The notes beneath the pieces are model-generated. The model did not search any database. It was not told where the DNA came from and saw nothing but the letters and a program-made list of their open reading frames with translations. A stretch of 63,101 nucleotides of DNA, the filler included, from Octopus bimaculoides (taxonomy: Eukaryota), in the NCBI RefSeq assembly GCF_001194135.2. It is 5 parts of 5 records of this genome, joined end to end, with 100 filler letters (N's around TTAATTAATTAA, not from the genome) between each part and the next. Parts side by side here need not be neighbours in the genome. Positions count along the whole stretch, not along the records: positions 16,419 to 29,639 come from NC_068983.1; positions 29,740 to 48,777 come from NC_068990.1; 3 more parts are not named here. One strand, 5' to 3'. Each line of letters opens with the position of its first letter. Positions within the stretch are counted from its first letter, which is position 1. The position numbers were made by a program, and so were the translations under genes. Below, in pieces: positions 26,080 through 38,766 of this stretch.

Positions 26080-26936
26080 GTAAGCTCAAGGTCATAACAA
26101 GTCATATAACACAAATATCTACCATTATTCTTGTTATATTTGTCTGAATGTTCTGGATACATTCATACAAGTTAATTCTTCTTTGTCATACAGTTCTGAT
26201 AACCCCAACCAGCTTCAATAAATTATCATTACTGTGTCCTGTGCATAAATATTAATGCAGAATATTCTGTAATCACATATATGAAAGTAATTAAAACAAA
26301 ATGCCAGTATTTTAGAAATACTCCAACACTCATGTATGGTTTCATAGAACTGTCTTTCATTTTTACTCTCTAAAAGATCATGATTTTGATGAAACTGTTC
26401 ATTTAGAATATCTCTAGAATTCAGAAAGTAAAAATATTTTTGCATTAATAGATATTAATACTCAAAACACAAAAGTCATAAATCATTTTCTTGATTTAAG
26501 TGTTTTTCCAATCCAAATTGTTAATCAATGTAGAAGATATTGTGGAGATTTTATTTCTGACTTTAAGGAATATCATTTTATACCAGCTAGCTATTATATT
26601 TTGAATGTTCATTGAATTAACCCCTTTTGCTGATGGTTGTCCCAAGTATTGATTTCTGCTGGGCCTAAAGTCAATATTTTCTTTCTCTTGTTGATCTTCT
26701 GTGGTTCATTGATAAATTTTATTGCCTATTCTTCTTGTTTGTATTATCATGCACCGAGTTCATGAGATGATTACAAATTACAGTTCAGTACTTAAAATAT
26801 ATCCATTTATGTGTACAAATGAAAATTTGCATGCATTTGATTGATTATACATTAATTCTACAAAACAAAATTGAATAGAAATAACAAACTGCTATAGAAC
26901 TTGTACAATAATTTTACATACATATGAAGGCTTTTA

Positions 26937-26982
<46 letters not shown>

Positions 26983-27169
26983 GAAAGTAGATGTGTGTGT
27001 GTATAGATAGTAGATGTGTGTTAATGTATCATCATCATCATTGCTTTAACATTCAACTTATGTGTGTGTATGTATGTATGTATGTATACATGCAGATTTA
27101 CATGTTTTGTTTTATGTATGCCTTCTCATGCATATGCTTGCATATATAGACATGCTCATATATACTTAA

Positions 27170-27548
27170 ATGATAAACTTCTGGTAAGCTTTACAGATCT
27201 TTACAGTTCCAGTGATGGCTTGAATCTGTAGTCTTCAGATCAGCTTTCTCTTTTCTGGTTTTGAGAAGCCTAATTTCTCAAAATTGGTATTTAGGCACTG
27301 TGTTACATATCCCAGTGCCCACTAAATACAGGTATAAACTTGTTATCTGGATAGAGTAACTTCAGATTTCTCAATAGTTCAGCACAGGTATTCCCTTCTT
27401 CACTGATCTTCAGCTTTATGTTAACATCTGCTGGGCAGCTGATTTCCACAAATGTACAGTTTCGCTTCTCTGTCCCAAAACATTATGTCAGGTCTAGTGT
27501 GTTTATGTTATATTGAGGTTTTCACTGGGATATTCCACCAGTTCTCTT
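27170..27548 (-). mobile_element. R4/NeSL-like non-LTR 3' fragment (restriction-like endonuclease)
   Basis: TRPDIMFWD...CTFVEISCPADVNIKLKISEE...ELLRNLKLLYP..GALG (PD..E/DxK-type RLE motif); frameshifted. Confidence 0.75.
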
Positions 27549-28799
27549 TATTATGAGTGGTTATAGCTTCTATATATGTGTGTTTGTCTTCTCCTCCATG
27601 AGGTTCAGTATCTTGAGAACCTTCAGTACTTTATCCTATATTTTTCCGGGCCTCCCCTCTTCACAAGTTCCATACACTTTGAACAACTGGCACTTTTTTA
27701 TGCAGCTGTCCTCATCTATATACATCCTGTAACAAAAATATCCTTGTCCTCATCATCACCCTTTTTAACATCTGTATTCCATGCTGGCATGAGTTGGACA
27801 GTTTGACAGGATCCAACAAACCTGAAGGCTGGACCTAGTTTCAGTGAGCCTTGCCATGGTTTCTACAGCTGGATGCCATTTCTAACACTCACCACATTGC
27901 AGTGTGTACTGAATGCCTTTTTCATGACACCAGCACTAGTGATGTTGCCATGGAACTTACATAGAAAAAAAAAAAAACAGCTCTTGTGAGTAAGTGGGGG
28001 GCAAGATTTGATAGGCTTTATGACAAGTGCAGAAAGGTTAAAGCATGACAGAGGGACAAACACAGCTCTCTTTCTATGGAAGAGACATATGCCTGCCCCA
28101 CATTATATAGAGTGGAGGGAGTAGTTGGGAAGGAGGTAAAGAATGCAGTGATGGAATGCCAAAGCAAATGCTCAAGGTACAAGAAAGTGAGCTCAGACAA
28201 TGATCAGGGGAGGAGAGGAAAGAGTGGATACATTCATGAGAGTGTGAGAGTGAGCAGCAGATGGTTAGAGGCAAATATAGTGAGGGTGGAGATATGTTTG
28301 ATGGGAAATATGCATATGGAGAGATGTAATGTGAGATAGACAGGAGTGGCTCAAGAAAGACAGATTCGAAGATAGAGGGATCAGAAGGTAGAGTGCAAGG
28401 TGTTGAGTGATGAGGAGTATTTATAAGGGTAGCTATTGTGAATCAGGTGTGACTGGCAGATATGAGAGAGTGCTGAGAAAGATAGTAAATATGTTAGGTG
28501 TTAAAATGGGGTGTGGCTGAGGAGAGATAACAGAAGGGATAAAAGGAGGTGATTGGTGAAAATGGTAAGGACAGGGGATCGAAGTAGTTCTTGTAGTAGT
28601 GGGGGATAACAGTTAGTACAAAGAAAGGGGAAGGAGTAATATGTGCTGATACAGCCTTCAAGTAATTACAGTTGTTAAGTAGTGCCATAGAAAGAGAAGT
28701 GATATACAGCTGAGTGTTAGGTTAATGAGATGTGAAGAATGGGCTACAAACATTAGCAGAAAGCTATTAGAACATCATTTTTGCAGTGGTGGGCAAGCC

Positions 28800-29320
28800 T
28801 TTTCAAGCACAGTAATCTTTTGTCTTCTCCTCCATGAGGTTCAGTATCTTGAGAACCTTCAGTACTTTATCCTATGTCTTCCCGGGCCTCCCCTCTTCAC
28901 AAGTTCCATACACTTTGAACAACTGGCACTTTTTTATGCAGCTGTCCTCATCCATATACATCCTGTAACAGAAGCAGTGCAGTCATCTCTCTTGCACATT
29001 AATTTATCTTATGCCTAATTTTTTTCTCAGTAACTTAGCACTTTGCTGTACATTGCACATCCCCTGGAGATAGTAGCTCCATTCCTCTCTAGTTGTCACA
29101 TATTCTCAGCATTTACTGCTCACATTTCACTACCATGTAACTTTGTTGTTTGTATATAGACATCATAGAATCTAACTTTCACTTGCAGCAAGAAACCTCT
29201 TGGCAACATCTCTCTCAACTTCTTCCATCCTATTCTTATTCTAGTAACTATACTTTAAGAGCATCTTCTGATATTGATAATTATATCACCTAGGTCACAG
29301 AAACTATTTACTACATCCTG
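28800..29320 (-). mobile_element. RTE LINE 3' fragment
   Basis: EDSCIKKCQLFKVYGTCEEGRPG-type C-terminal RTE motif; partial duplicate at 27583-27734. Confidence 0.65.
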
Positions 29321-29580
29321 TGAGCTGATGCCAGTATCCCCTGACTGGCTCTTGTGCCGGTGGTACATAAAAAGCTCCATCAGGATGTGGCCAATGCCAG
29401 TACTCTCCGACTGGCCTCCATGCCAGTGGCACATAAAAAGCACTATCCGAACATGATCGATGACAGGCCCATCCAGCTGTAGAAACATTGCCAGATCATA
29501 TTGGAGCCTTGTGCAGTCGCTGGCTCTCCAGACCTCAGTCAAACCATCCAACCTATGACAGCAAGGAAAACGGACGTTAA

Positions 29581-29618
<38 letters not shown>

Positions 29619-29896
29619 ATATATATATATATATATATANNNNNNNNNNNNNNNNNNNNNNNNNNNNNNNNNNNNNNNNNNNNTTAATTAATTAANNNNN
29701 NNNNNNNNNNNNNNNNNNNNNNNNNNNNNNNNNNNNNNNTATATATATATATATATATATATGGTAAAAAAGAATTTCGTTGAAGATATATTCCCCACGC
29801 GGTGAGTAGTTGTAGTAAAAAAATATATAATAAAAAAAAGTAAATTCTCACAATTTATATATTTTGAATATATTTAAGGGATAGAATATTATGATA

Positions 29897-29928
29897 GTCA
29901 ACCGGTTTCGCGTTTCGCTAATCATGAC
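29897..29928 (-). ncRNA. Minimal type I hammerhead-like motif, A3-U8 core variant
   Basis: Minus strand GTC-ATGATTA-GCG[AAA]CGC-GAAA-CCGG-TT-GAC: same core and ACCGGT palindrome as 8879, different stems I and II. Confidence 0.6.
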
Positions 29929-30204
29929 ATTGAAATTCTTGAAAATATTGCAATTCCGTATTTTCTTAAGAAGTTTATAGTCCATGTTGCTTGTATGAGA
30001 GTCTGTGTGAGTGTGTGTGTATATATGTGTGTGTGTGTGCGCGCGAGCGCGTGATTGTGTGTATATGTGGGTGTGTCTTTGCACATACATACATATATTC
30101 ATACATACATATATAAATGCATACATTTATGCATGCAAAAATACATACAAAAGGAGAGAGTGAGACAGGGGGAGATTCGAACCAGACAAGAAGTTACGTC
30201 AAAC

Positions 30205-30590
30205 AAATTTCTTATGATATTTTACTTGTTTCAGTCATTAACTGTGGCCATGTTGGGGCACCGCCTTGAAGTTGTAGTTGGATGAATCGACTCCAGTACA
30301 TTGTCTTTCTAAGCCTGGCATTTATTCTGTCGATATCTTTTGCCGAACCGCTAATTTATGGGGACGTAAACACACTAAAACCAGTTGTGAAGTGGTGTTG
30401 GTGGGGAAAATGGACAGACAAAGAGACAGACAGGCACACACAGACACAGAAACACATATACACACACATACACACACACACAAATACACACACACATACA
30501 CACACACACAAACACACACACAACGGGCTTCCTTCAGTTTCTGTCCCCAGATGCATTCACAAAGCTTTGGTCTGGCCGAGGCACTTGCTG
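30205..30590 (-). mobile_element. tRNA-derived SINE (AACCACATGG / GAAACTGAAAGAAG family)
   Basis: Reverse-complement match to the copies at 32824 and 45555, including the central (CA)n. Confidence 0.8.
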
Positions 30591-30617
30591 AATAATAATG
30601 ATAATGATAATAGTAGT

Positions 30618-30675
<58 letters not shown>

Positions 30676-30807
30676 TTCCAACAATCTAATATATTATGCG
30701 TATATGAAATAATAATAACAATAATGATAAAAAGGAGGAGGAGAGGAAGAAGGAGGAGAAGGAGAAGAGGAAGAAACAGAAAAGATGAAGAAGAAAAAAG
30801 ATGATAT

Positions 30808-30865
<58 letters not shown>

Positions 30866-31270
30866 AATGATGAAGGTGGAGAAGAAGAAATTTAGAAAAA
30901 GAAGTAAAACGATAAATGAAAAGAGCAAAGTAGAAGTGATGAAAAATGAAAGAAAAAAATTGTTTGAGAATAAGTTTGATAATTCGATGAAGGAGGTAGA
31001 AACGTGTGGAGCAGGGTAACACGATGATGAACATGCTTAAGGTCAGCCGGTCTGTAAGGTCAATCACCATCACCACCACCACCACCACCACCACCACCAC
31101 CACCACCACCNNNNNNNNNNNNNNNNNNNNNNNNNNNNNNNNNNNNNNNNNNNNNNNNNNNNNNNNNNNNNNNNNNNNNNNNNNNNNNNNNNNNNNNNNN
31201 NNNNNNNNNNNNNNNNNNNNNNNNNNNNNNNNNNNNNNNNNNNNNNNNNNNNNNNNNNNNNNNNNNNNNN

Positions 31271-31318
<48 letters not shown>

Positions 31319-31400
31319 CAACATCACCGCCACTACCACAACTACCACAGCAACTACAAACACAAACATAAGAAATATATCTGTCATAGTGTTTACAGTT
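30590..31400. repeat. Compound trinucleotide microsatellite (AAT, GAT, ACC, TAC)
   Basis: Consecutive pure triplet tracts. Confidence 0.95.
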
Positions 31401-31865
31401 ATATAAACTAAGAGGTGAATGGTATAGGTAATATATGTATGTATATATATATATATATATGTGAGTGTAAGTACATATGTATTTGTATCTATGTATGTGT
31501 ATGTCTATGTATGTATGTATGTATGTATGTATGTATGTATGTATGCATGTGGGTGGATGTGCGCAGACATACATTCATGTGTGCGTATGTGTGTGAAAGT
31601 ATGCATATATGCATGTATACATGTATACATGTATGTATATTTATATAGAGAGCGTGGGGAGAGAGGGAGCTAGATACATACAGGCCTTTCTATCTATCTA
31701 TCTATCTATCTATCTAACTAACTGGCTGAATATACAAATATGTATGTATGTAACCATGTCTGTGTAGATGTATGTATTTATGTAAGTAAGTATATATATA
31801 TATATATATATATATATNNNNNNNNNNNNNNNNNNNNNNNNNNNNNNNNNNNNNNNNNNNNNNNN

Positions 31866-31906
<41 letters not shown>

Positions 31907-32755
31907 CACACACACATATATATAAACTGGTGTTAGGAATGTTAAAATCAAAATCATTTAATAAAAGCAGGTTACATCATACTATGTGTCTGCCTTGTTT
32001 CCTTCTTTTTTTTTCTTAACGAAATGAAATTATATTTAAATCCGATACATTATTTGCATTCATTATTATACCATCGATACATGCATTGCATGGATAGCAG
32101 ATATACATGTATATTTATGTACGTATTCATGCACACACACACACACACGCAAAACACAGACCACACACACACACACATACACACACGTACACAACGCTAA
32201 TGCATATTAACGTGCATGTGCAAATATGAGTGTATATTTAATGCTAACAGAATTGTTTGCGCCGCTTGCTTTTACACGTTGTGTACATTTGGTAGCGATA
32301 GTGGGCGTTTACAATTAAGTGACAAGAGGCTGATTTTAAAAGACTTTATATCCTGACGTCATCGCTGACGCTTTTTCTGTGGAGTGTATCTTTGTATTTG
32401 TGTGGTTGTGCGAGTGTGTTTCCGCGTATGTGTGCTCGTGCGAATGTGTGTGATGTGTGTGCGCGTGCGCGAACATTTTCAGAAATATTTCAAATGAAGA
32501 CCCCGCCTATTTCTTTAAATGTACACATATTTCCTCCCCCACCTCCACGTTCGTGTAGTAGCAATCGTGTACGGCAGCGATGTGGCAGAAATGGTTAGAT
32601 CGACCTTGTTTTTTTTTCTTTACATACATACATACATACATATATACATACATTTGTCTATTTTGTGTGTGTATATATATATTTATCTATGTATACACAC
32701 GTACAACACAGGCACATGTATACAAACATACGTACACGCATACATACACACACAC

Positions 32756-32815
<60 letters not shown>

Positions 32816-32823
32816 GTATGTAG

Positions 32824-32961
32824 GCGCAGGCGTGGCTGTGTGGTAAATAACTTGCTTCCCAACCACATGGTTGTGGTTCAGTCTCACTGCATGGCACCTT
32901 GGGCATGTGAACTTAGGAAATGGAAACTGAAAGAAGACCGTTGTGTGTGTGTGTGTGTGTG

Positions 32962-33003
<42 letters not shown>

Positions 33004-33250
33004 GGGGTGCATACATCTATATCTCTATATAGCCACGTGTGTATGTGTTTGTATTTGTGTTTGTCTCCCCATCACCACGTTTGACAACCGGCGTGGTGTG
33101 TTTACGTTACCGTAACTTAGCGGTTCGGGAAAAAGAGATTAGGCTTAGGAAATAAGTCTCTGGGGGTCTTTGTTTGACTAAATCCCTCCAACGCGGTGCT
33201 CCAGCATGATCGCAGTCAAATGACTGAAACACGTAAAAGAATGAAAGAAC
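32824..33250 (+). mobile_element. tRNA-derived SINE, near full length
   Basis: A-box-like GGCTGTGTGG, B-box-like GTTCAGTCTC, CACCTTGGGC domain, 3' GCGGTGCTCCAGCATG...GACTGAAAC..TAAAAGAAT. Confidence 0.85.
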
Positions 33251-34015
33251 ACACACACACACACACATATATATATGTGTAATAATTTTTTTAACGTTCA
33301 CTTTTCCATATGCAATAGAAAGATTTTTTATAGATATTTTTTGGCTTCAGTATCCCGAGATCGAGTTATGTTATCATTATTTTTCATTTTATCTATTTTC
33401 AGCTCATGAGCTGTGGCCATGCTGGGGCACCGCCATTTATAGCTAGAGTTAATTATTTGTTTTTTTTACCTTATCTTTCTCTTAAATAACTACCAGTTGT
33501 AATTGTTACTGTACAAATCTAGATTAGCTCTGAACGATCAAACATATTATCAAATATGTTCCAACCGTGACCACACTGTTTGTTTTGTTGTCGGGTATTT
33601 TATCTCTAGAATTACATCATCTTTGTTTTGGTTTTTTTCAGACAATTATATGTGATTTGAGTGAGGTTTAGCTGTTATAGCATGCAGCTTCGACTAACAT
33701 ACAACAGCTTCTTTTCTTTGCTCAAACAAATACCAGTAATGCCTTGGTGTGATTTGAATATATTGACACAATTATTAGAACATAAGATACAATGAATTGT
33801 ATTTTTTTTTGTTTCCCTGCGCTTTGAGTTCAAACACAGCGAAGATTAGCTTTGCATTTCGTCTTTTTGGATCGATATAATAAGGTACCAATTCATGGTG
33901 AGATGGCAATGGGTATCTAGTGTTAGAGTGTCGAATGAGACGCCATGTGGATCCTGTTCTGTGTCTTTCGGATACAGATTTAATCCGGCACCTGTTTAAT
34001 CCTTGGCGTTTCTAG

Positions 34016-34125
34016 CTGAGTTTGCTCGACTACGTCTCTTCCTTGAAGACAACTTCCCCACTTCTATCAGTCTGGGAGACCCCGAAAAAGAAAAATCATG
34101 AATACTCTCATTCCATGACTCTACG
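34016..34125 (+). CDS. Weak candidate exon
   Basis: tttctAG|...ACG|GTAAGA, phase 0/2 open: LSLLDYVSSLKTTSPLLSVWETPKKKNHEYSHSMTL; could be repeat-derived. Confidence 0.2.
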
Positions 34126-34559
34126 GTAAGAAAATAGAGAAATATAACAAAAGAGAAAACATATTAGGTCCCTACATGGACATACTCTTCTGGGAATGTT
34201 ATACTAATTACTCATTATTAAAGAAGGTAAACGAAACGGCTGGAGTAGAGGAACAGCTGACTTGAGTTCATTTCGGTCTGTAGGTTGTTAGGCTGGTTTG
34301 CGGTGGTGACTGGCTGAGCTGATGGATGAAAATGTTTCTTAGGTTGCGTGTAGAAGTAGCTGAACATCACCCACGAACATTTAACAGAAGGTTTTATTAT
34401 CACATACAAAAACAAAATGCGTTGGCCTTTTGTAGATAACAACAACAATAATTACATGCTTTACTGGGAAAGAAACACTGCTTGAAGTTTACAGCAAACT
34501 ACTGCTACGGCAATATGTGGTTTGCCCAATATAACTGGAAACGATTGTGCTATATTCGT

Positions 34560-34760
34560 GGCGACGGAGGTTCCTGTTATTTATCTGCGCCATCTAAGTT
34601 GCCTTCCTGGGTTGCATGGCTGGTAAAAATGCACGCTGAGTGGTTTTTATAGGAGACCGGAAATAAAATTCTAGAATGTTAAAGAAAACTTGTCCCTGCC
34701 ATCGCATCACGCTGATTGGTTGGCTGATAGACCGATCGCATGAAAGTATGGTGGTTTGCT
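34560..34760. promoter_or_regulatory. CpG-containing promoter-like segment
   Basis: CGCCATCT (YY1-like, 34588), ACCGGAAAT (ETS-like, 34656) and CTGATTGGTT (reverse NF-Y CCAAT, 34712) within 140 bp. Confidence 0.35.
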
Positions 34761-34914
34761 CGTGATCTCTAACTGCGTACCAAGGGGTTCGCTTTCGAAT
34801 CATCACTGCAAGTGCATTAGTTCTGAGTTCACATTACATTGTTTTCGACGCTCTAATGACTCTGCCAAGATTCTTACCAACGTCACAAGACCAGAAACTT
34901 ATTCTTGAAGAAGG

Positions 34915-36250
34915 TAGAGTTGATTTAATCGACCCTTTACTTAAATAGTGGCAGACACTAGAGTGATTTGAAATCAAAAATATTAGCTGCATTAGTAACA
35001 ACTCCTAAGGTATATTATAGTTCGGCGCTACGTTGTATTTCCTATCTGGTGGATCACAAAATGTAACAATTTCTAAAAGCTCAAGACAACAAATTTGAAA
35101 GAAGGTTTAAGTCGATTAAGTCGACTCCAGTGTCTCACTGATACTTTATCTTATCGATCTTGGAAGGATGTGATATCAGAACGCAAAACTCTGCAACTAA
35201 AAATTGGTCGAAGCCTTATTGTCCGCCGGTCTAACCGCTCGGCCACTACACTAACCTAACGTAACTTCATCGTAGCAATAATCATCTGTAAGCTTGGCAC
35301 AAAGCCAGTGATTTCAGAGTGAAGTATAGCAAAGTCTACACCAGCGGGAGATGAACGCAGAACATAACGGGAGGTAAATTGTTACTTTTTCTCAAATATT
35401 CTACCCTGACTGCTATCCACCGACTTATTTTCATCGTTTATGCAAATTACAAGGCGGCGAGCTGGTAGAATAGTTAGCTCACCGAACAAAATGCTTAGCT
35501 GCATTTCTTCCGACTTTAGGTTCTGAATTAAAAAACCGCCGAGCTCGACCTTGCCTTTCATCCTTTCGAGGTCGATAAATAAGTACTAGCTGAACACTGG
35601 GGTCAATGTAATCGACTTATCCATTCCTCAAATTTGATGCCCTTATGCCAAAAAAAAAAAAAAAAATTATTAATACAAAGTATAAAGCGGTGAGTTGGCA
35701 GAATCATTAGCACATCCGGCAAAAATTCTGATCGGCATTTCTATCGGCTTTACGCTCTAAGTTCAAATTCCGCCCAGGTCGACTCTGTCTTTCATCCTTC
35801 TTGGAGAGGGACTAAGTCAATTATATCGACTCCAGTGCGAAACTGTAACTTATTTTATCGACCCGAAAGAATGAACGGTAAAGTCGACCTCGGCGAAATT
35901 TCAACTGACATCATAAAAAGCCGGAAGACATGTCGCTAAGCATTTTGTTCGATGTGCTAACCGATTCTGTCAGCTCGCCGCATTAATGATAACTGTTTCT
36001 ATGTTAGGCAGGAGACCTGAAATTTCGAAGTGAGGGGCCTAGGGGACTGCATCGACAGTAGTACTCAACTGTTATTTATTTCATCGATCCTGAAAAAAAA
36101 CAAAAAAACGATAGGTCAAGTCGACTATAATTTCAGTCCAAAGATGTGACAATAGAAAGGCACCGCGAAATTTGAACTCAGAACGTAAAGACGGAGAAAA
36201 TGCTGTCAAGCATTTTGTCTCACGAGGTAATGATTCTGTCAGCTCATCAC
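34915..36250. mobile_element. Cluster of about 7 copies or fragments of the GGCGAGCTGGCAGAA...GTCGAT SINE family in both orientations
   Basis: Recurrent GAGTTCAAATTCC / GTCGACTTTGCCTTTCATCCTT blocks; + at 35452 and 35686, - at 35090, 35860 and 36165. Confidence 0.85.
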
Positions 36251-37738
36251 CTAAATGGTTAATTATAAAAAGTGATATGAGACCAGTGCATGTGTTTCAT
36301 ATTGGCAAAATGATCCTTCTCAAAATACAGCAACCCATCTTTTAATACATGATTTCACATCAAGAATAAATACAAAAACGAGATATATCTGGATCATTTC
36401 TCCATGGCATTTTGAGATCAATAAGCGTGTGCCGGGATTGATAGTTCAACTATATGAGACTTCCCATTTATGTTTAGTACAGTGTTTAATATTTTCAGAT
36501 ATTTGAAAGAAAAAAAAGAAAAAGAAAGAGAAAAGACAATAATTTCAGACCGGAAAGGAATACTGGCGGGAGAAATACACAAGTTCTAGCTAATAAGTAT
36601 AACATATTTTTTTTGTCGTATCCAGGAGGAAATCGCAATTAAGATCGACGTGTGTTTGTATGTAGGTGAACATTTGGAAAACATATTTCTTCTCAAAGTC
36701 AAAATTGCAGTAAAAACTCCTCATTGTGCACCCCATTCCATACACATACATCCATATATATACATGTATATATGCATGTGTTGTTGTATGTATATATATA
36801 TATATATNNNNNNNNNNNNNNNNNNNNNNNNNNNNNNNNNNNNNNNNNNNNNNNNNNNNNNNNNNNNNNNNNNNNNNNNNNNNNNNNNNNNNNNNNNNNN
36901 NNNNNNNNNNNNNNNNNNNNNNNNNNNNNNNNNNNNNNNNNNNNNNNNNNNNNNNNNNNNNNNNNNNNNNNNNNNNNNNNNNNNNNNNNNNNNNNNNNNN
37001 NNNNNNNNNNNNNNNNNNNNNNNNNNNNNNNNNNNNNNNNNNNNNNNNNNNNNNNNNNNNNNNNNNNNNNNNNNNNNNNNNNNNNNNNNNNNNNNNNNNN
37101 NNNNNNNNNNNNNNNNNNNNNNNNNNNNNNNNNNNNNNNNNNNNNNNNNNNNNNNNNNNNNNNNNNNNNNNNNNNNNNNNNNNNNNNNNNNNNNNNNNNN
37201 NNNNNNNNNNNNNNNNNNNNNNNNNNNNNNNNNNNNNNNNNNNNNNNNNNNNNNNNNNNNNNNNNNNNNNNNNNNNNNNNNNNNNNNNNNNNNNNNNNNN
37301 NNNNNNNNNNNNNNNNNNNNNNNNNNNNNNNNNNNNNNNNNNNNNNNNNNNNNNNNNNNNNNNNNNNNNNNNNNNNNNNNNNNNNNNNNNNNNNNNNNNN
37401 NNNNNNNNNNNNNNNNNNNNNNNNNNNNNNNNNNNNNNNNNNNNNNNNNNNNNNNNNNNNNNNNNNNNNNNNNNNNNNNNNNNNNNNNNNNNNNNNNNNN
37501 NNNNNNNNNNNNNNNNNNNNNNNNNNNNNNNNNNNNNNNNNNNNNNNNNNNNNNNNNNNNNNNNNNNNNNNNNNNNNNNNNNNNNNNNNNNNNNNNNNNN
37601 NNNNNNNNNNNNNNNNNNNNNNNNNNNNNNNNNNNNNNNNNNNNNNNNNNNNNNNNNNNNNNNNNNNNNNNNNNNNNNNNNNNNNNNNNNNNNNNNNNNN
37701 NNNNNNNNNNNNNNNNNNNNNNNNNNNNNNNNNNNNNN

Positions 37739-38340
37739 AAAGAACATTCCCTTCATCAGTTGTCTCTGTTTCATCTACTCCCTGTTTCGAAGGTAAGGAA
37801 AATACGTGACTTCGTTGAAACAGTCCTTCCCGCAAAGTAAATTAAATAAAATTTGGGATTTCTTGCGGATGGTGAAAGTGGTAACAAAAACAGTATAGTG
37901 AGAACAAAACAGTAAAAACAAACGGTGAGGGCTGTTGCGCCAAGACGATATGAAAAATTATGAACGCTAGAAAGACGAGCTATGAGAAGAGACAGGTGAA
38001 AGCACGTCTTGTCTTTACGAAGGAAGTGGAAGAAAGAAAGTTAGATCGCCTTTCGTCACGTGTCAGCGACAAGAGAGACAAGGAGGAAGGATGAAAGAGA
38101 GAAGGAACAGTGAAGGGGAGAGGAGAAGAATAGGGAAAGGGTGGGAGAGAAAAACAGAAAGGAAGAAGAACAAGAGAAGAGATAGAAGAGATAGGAGAAG
38201 AGTGCACGTCATAATTATTAAGATAAAACTTACTTGGAAAAGGATGCCTGGCGTTCGATCATATAATAATATAAATAATATATAAATATATGCATATATA
38301 CATATATGTACATACCTATATATATATATANNNNNNNNNN

Positions 38341-38399
<59 letters not shown>

Positions 38400-38690
38400 T
38401 GTGTGTGTGTATATATACATGCATTTATGGGTACATGACATCAAAAAAACGTAGACACAATGAGAAACGAAAACATAAAAACAAAAACAGAAAATAAACT
38501 TTTTACGAACAACGAAGGAAACAAACAGAGAACCGAGACATGCAACGTAAAGAACATTCCCTTCATCTGTTGTCCCTGTTTCATCTACTCCGCGTTTCGA
38601 AGGTAAGGACAATACGCGACTTCGTTGAGACAGTCCTTCCCGCAAAGCAAATTAAATTAAATTTTGGGAGCTTGAAAGTGGTAGCAAAAA
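37739..38690. repeat. Two copies (about 140 bp) of an interspersed repeat at 37739 and 38549
   Basis: AAGAACATTCCCTTCATC...GTCCTTCCCGCAAAG shared, roughly 90% by eye. Confidence 0.85.
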
Positions 38691-38693
38691 CAG

Positions 38694-38751
<58 letters not shown>

Positions 38752-38766
38752 TTGTTTGTGTGTGTG

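Noticed and set aside
37739-38660. Permuted hammerhead (CTGATGAAGG / CCTTCGAAAC) or duplicated exon
   Set aside because: Stem I does not pair and the apparent stem II overlaps the core; the reading frame is not coherent between copies.
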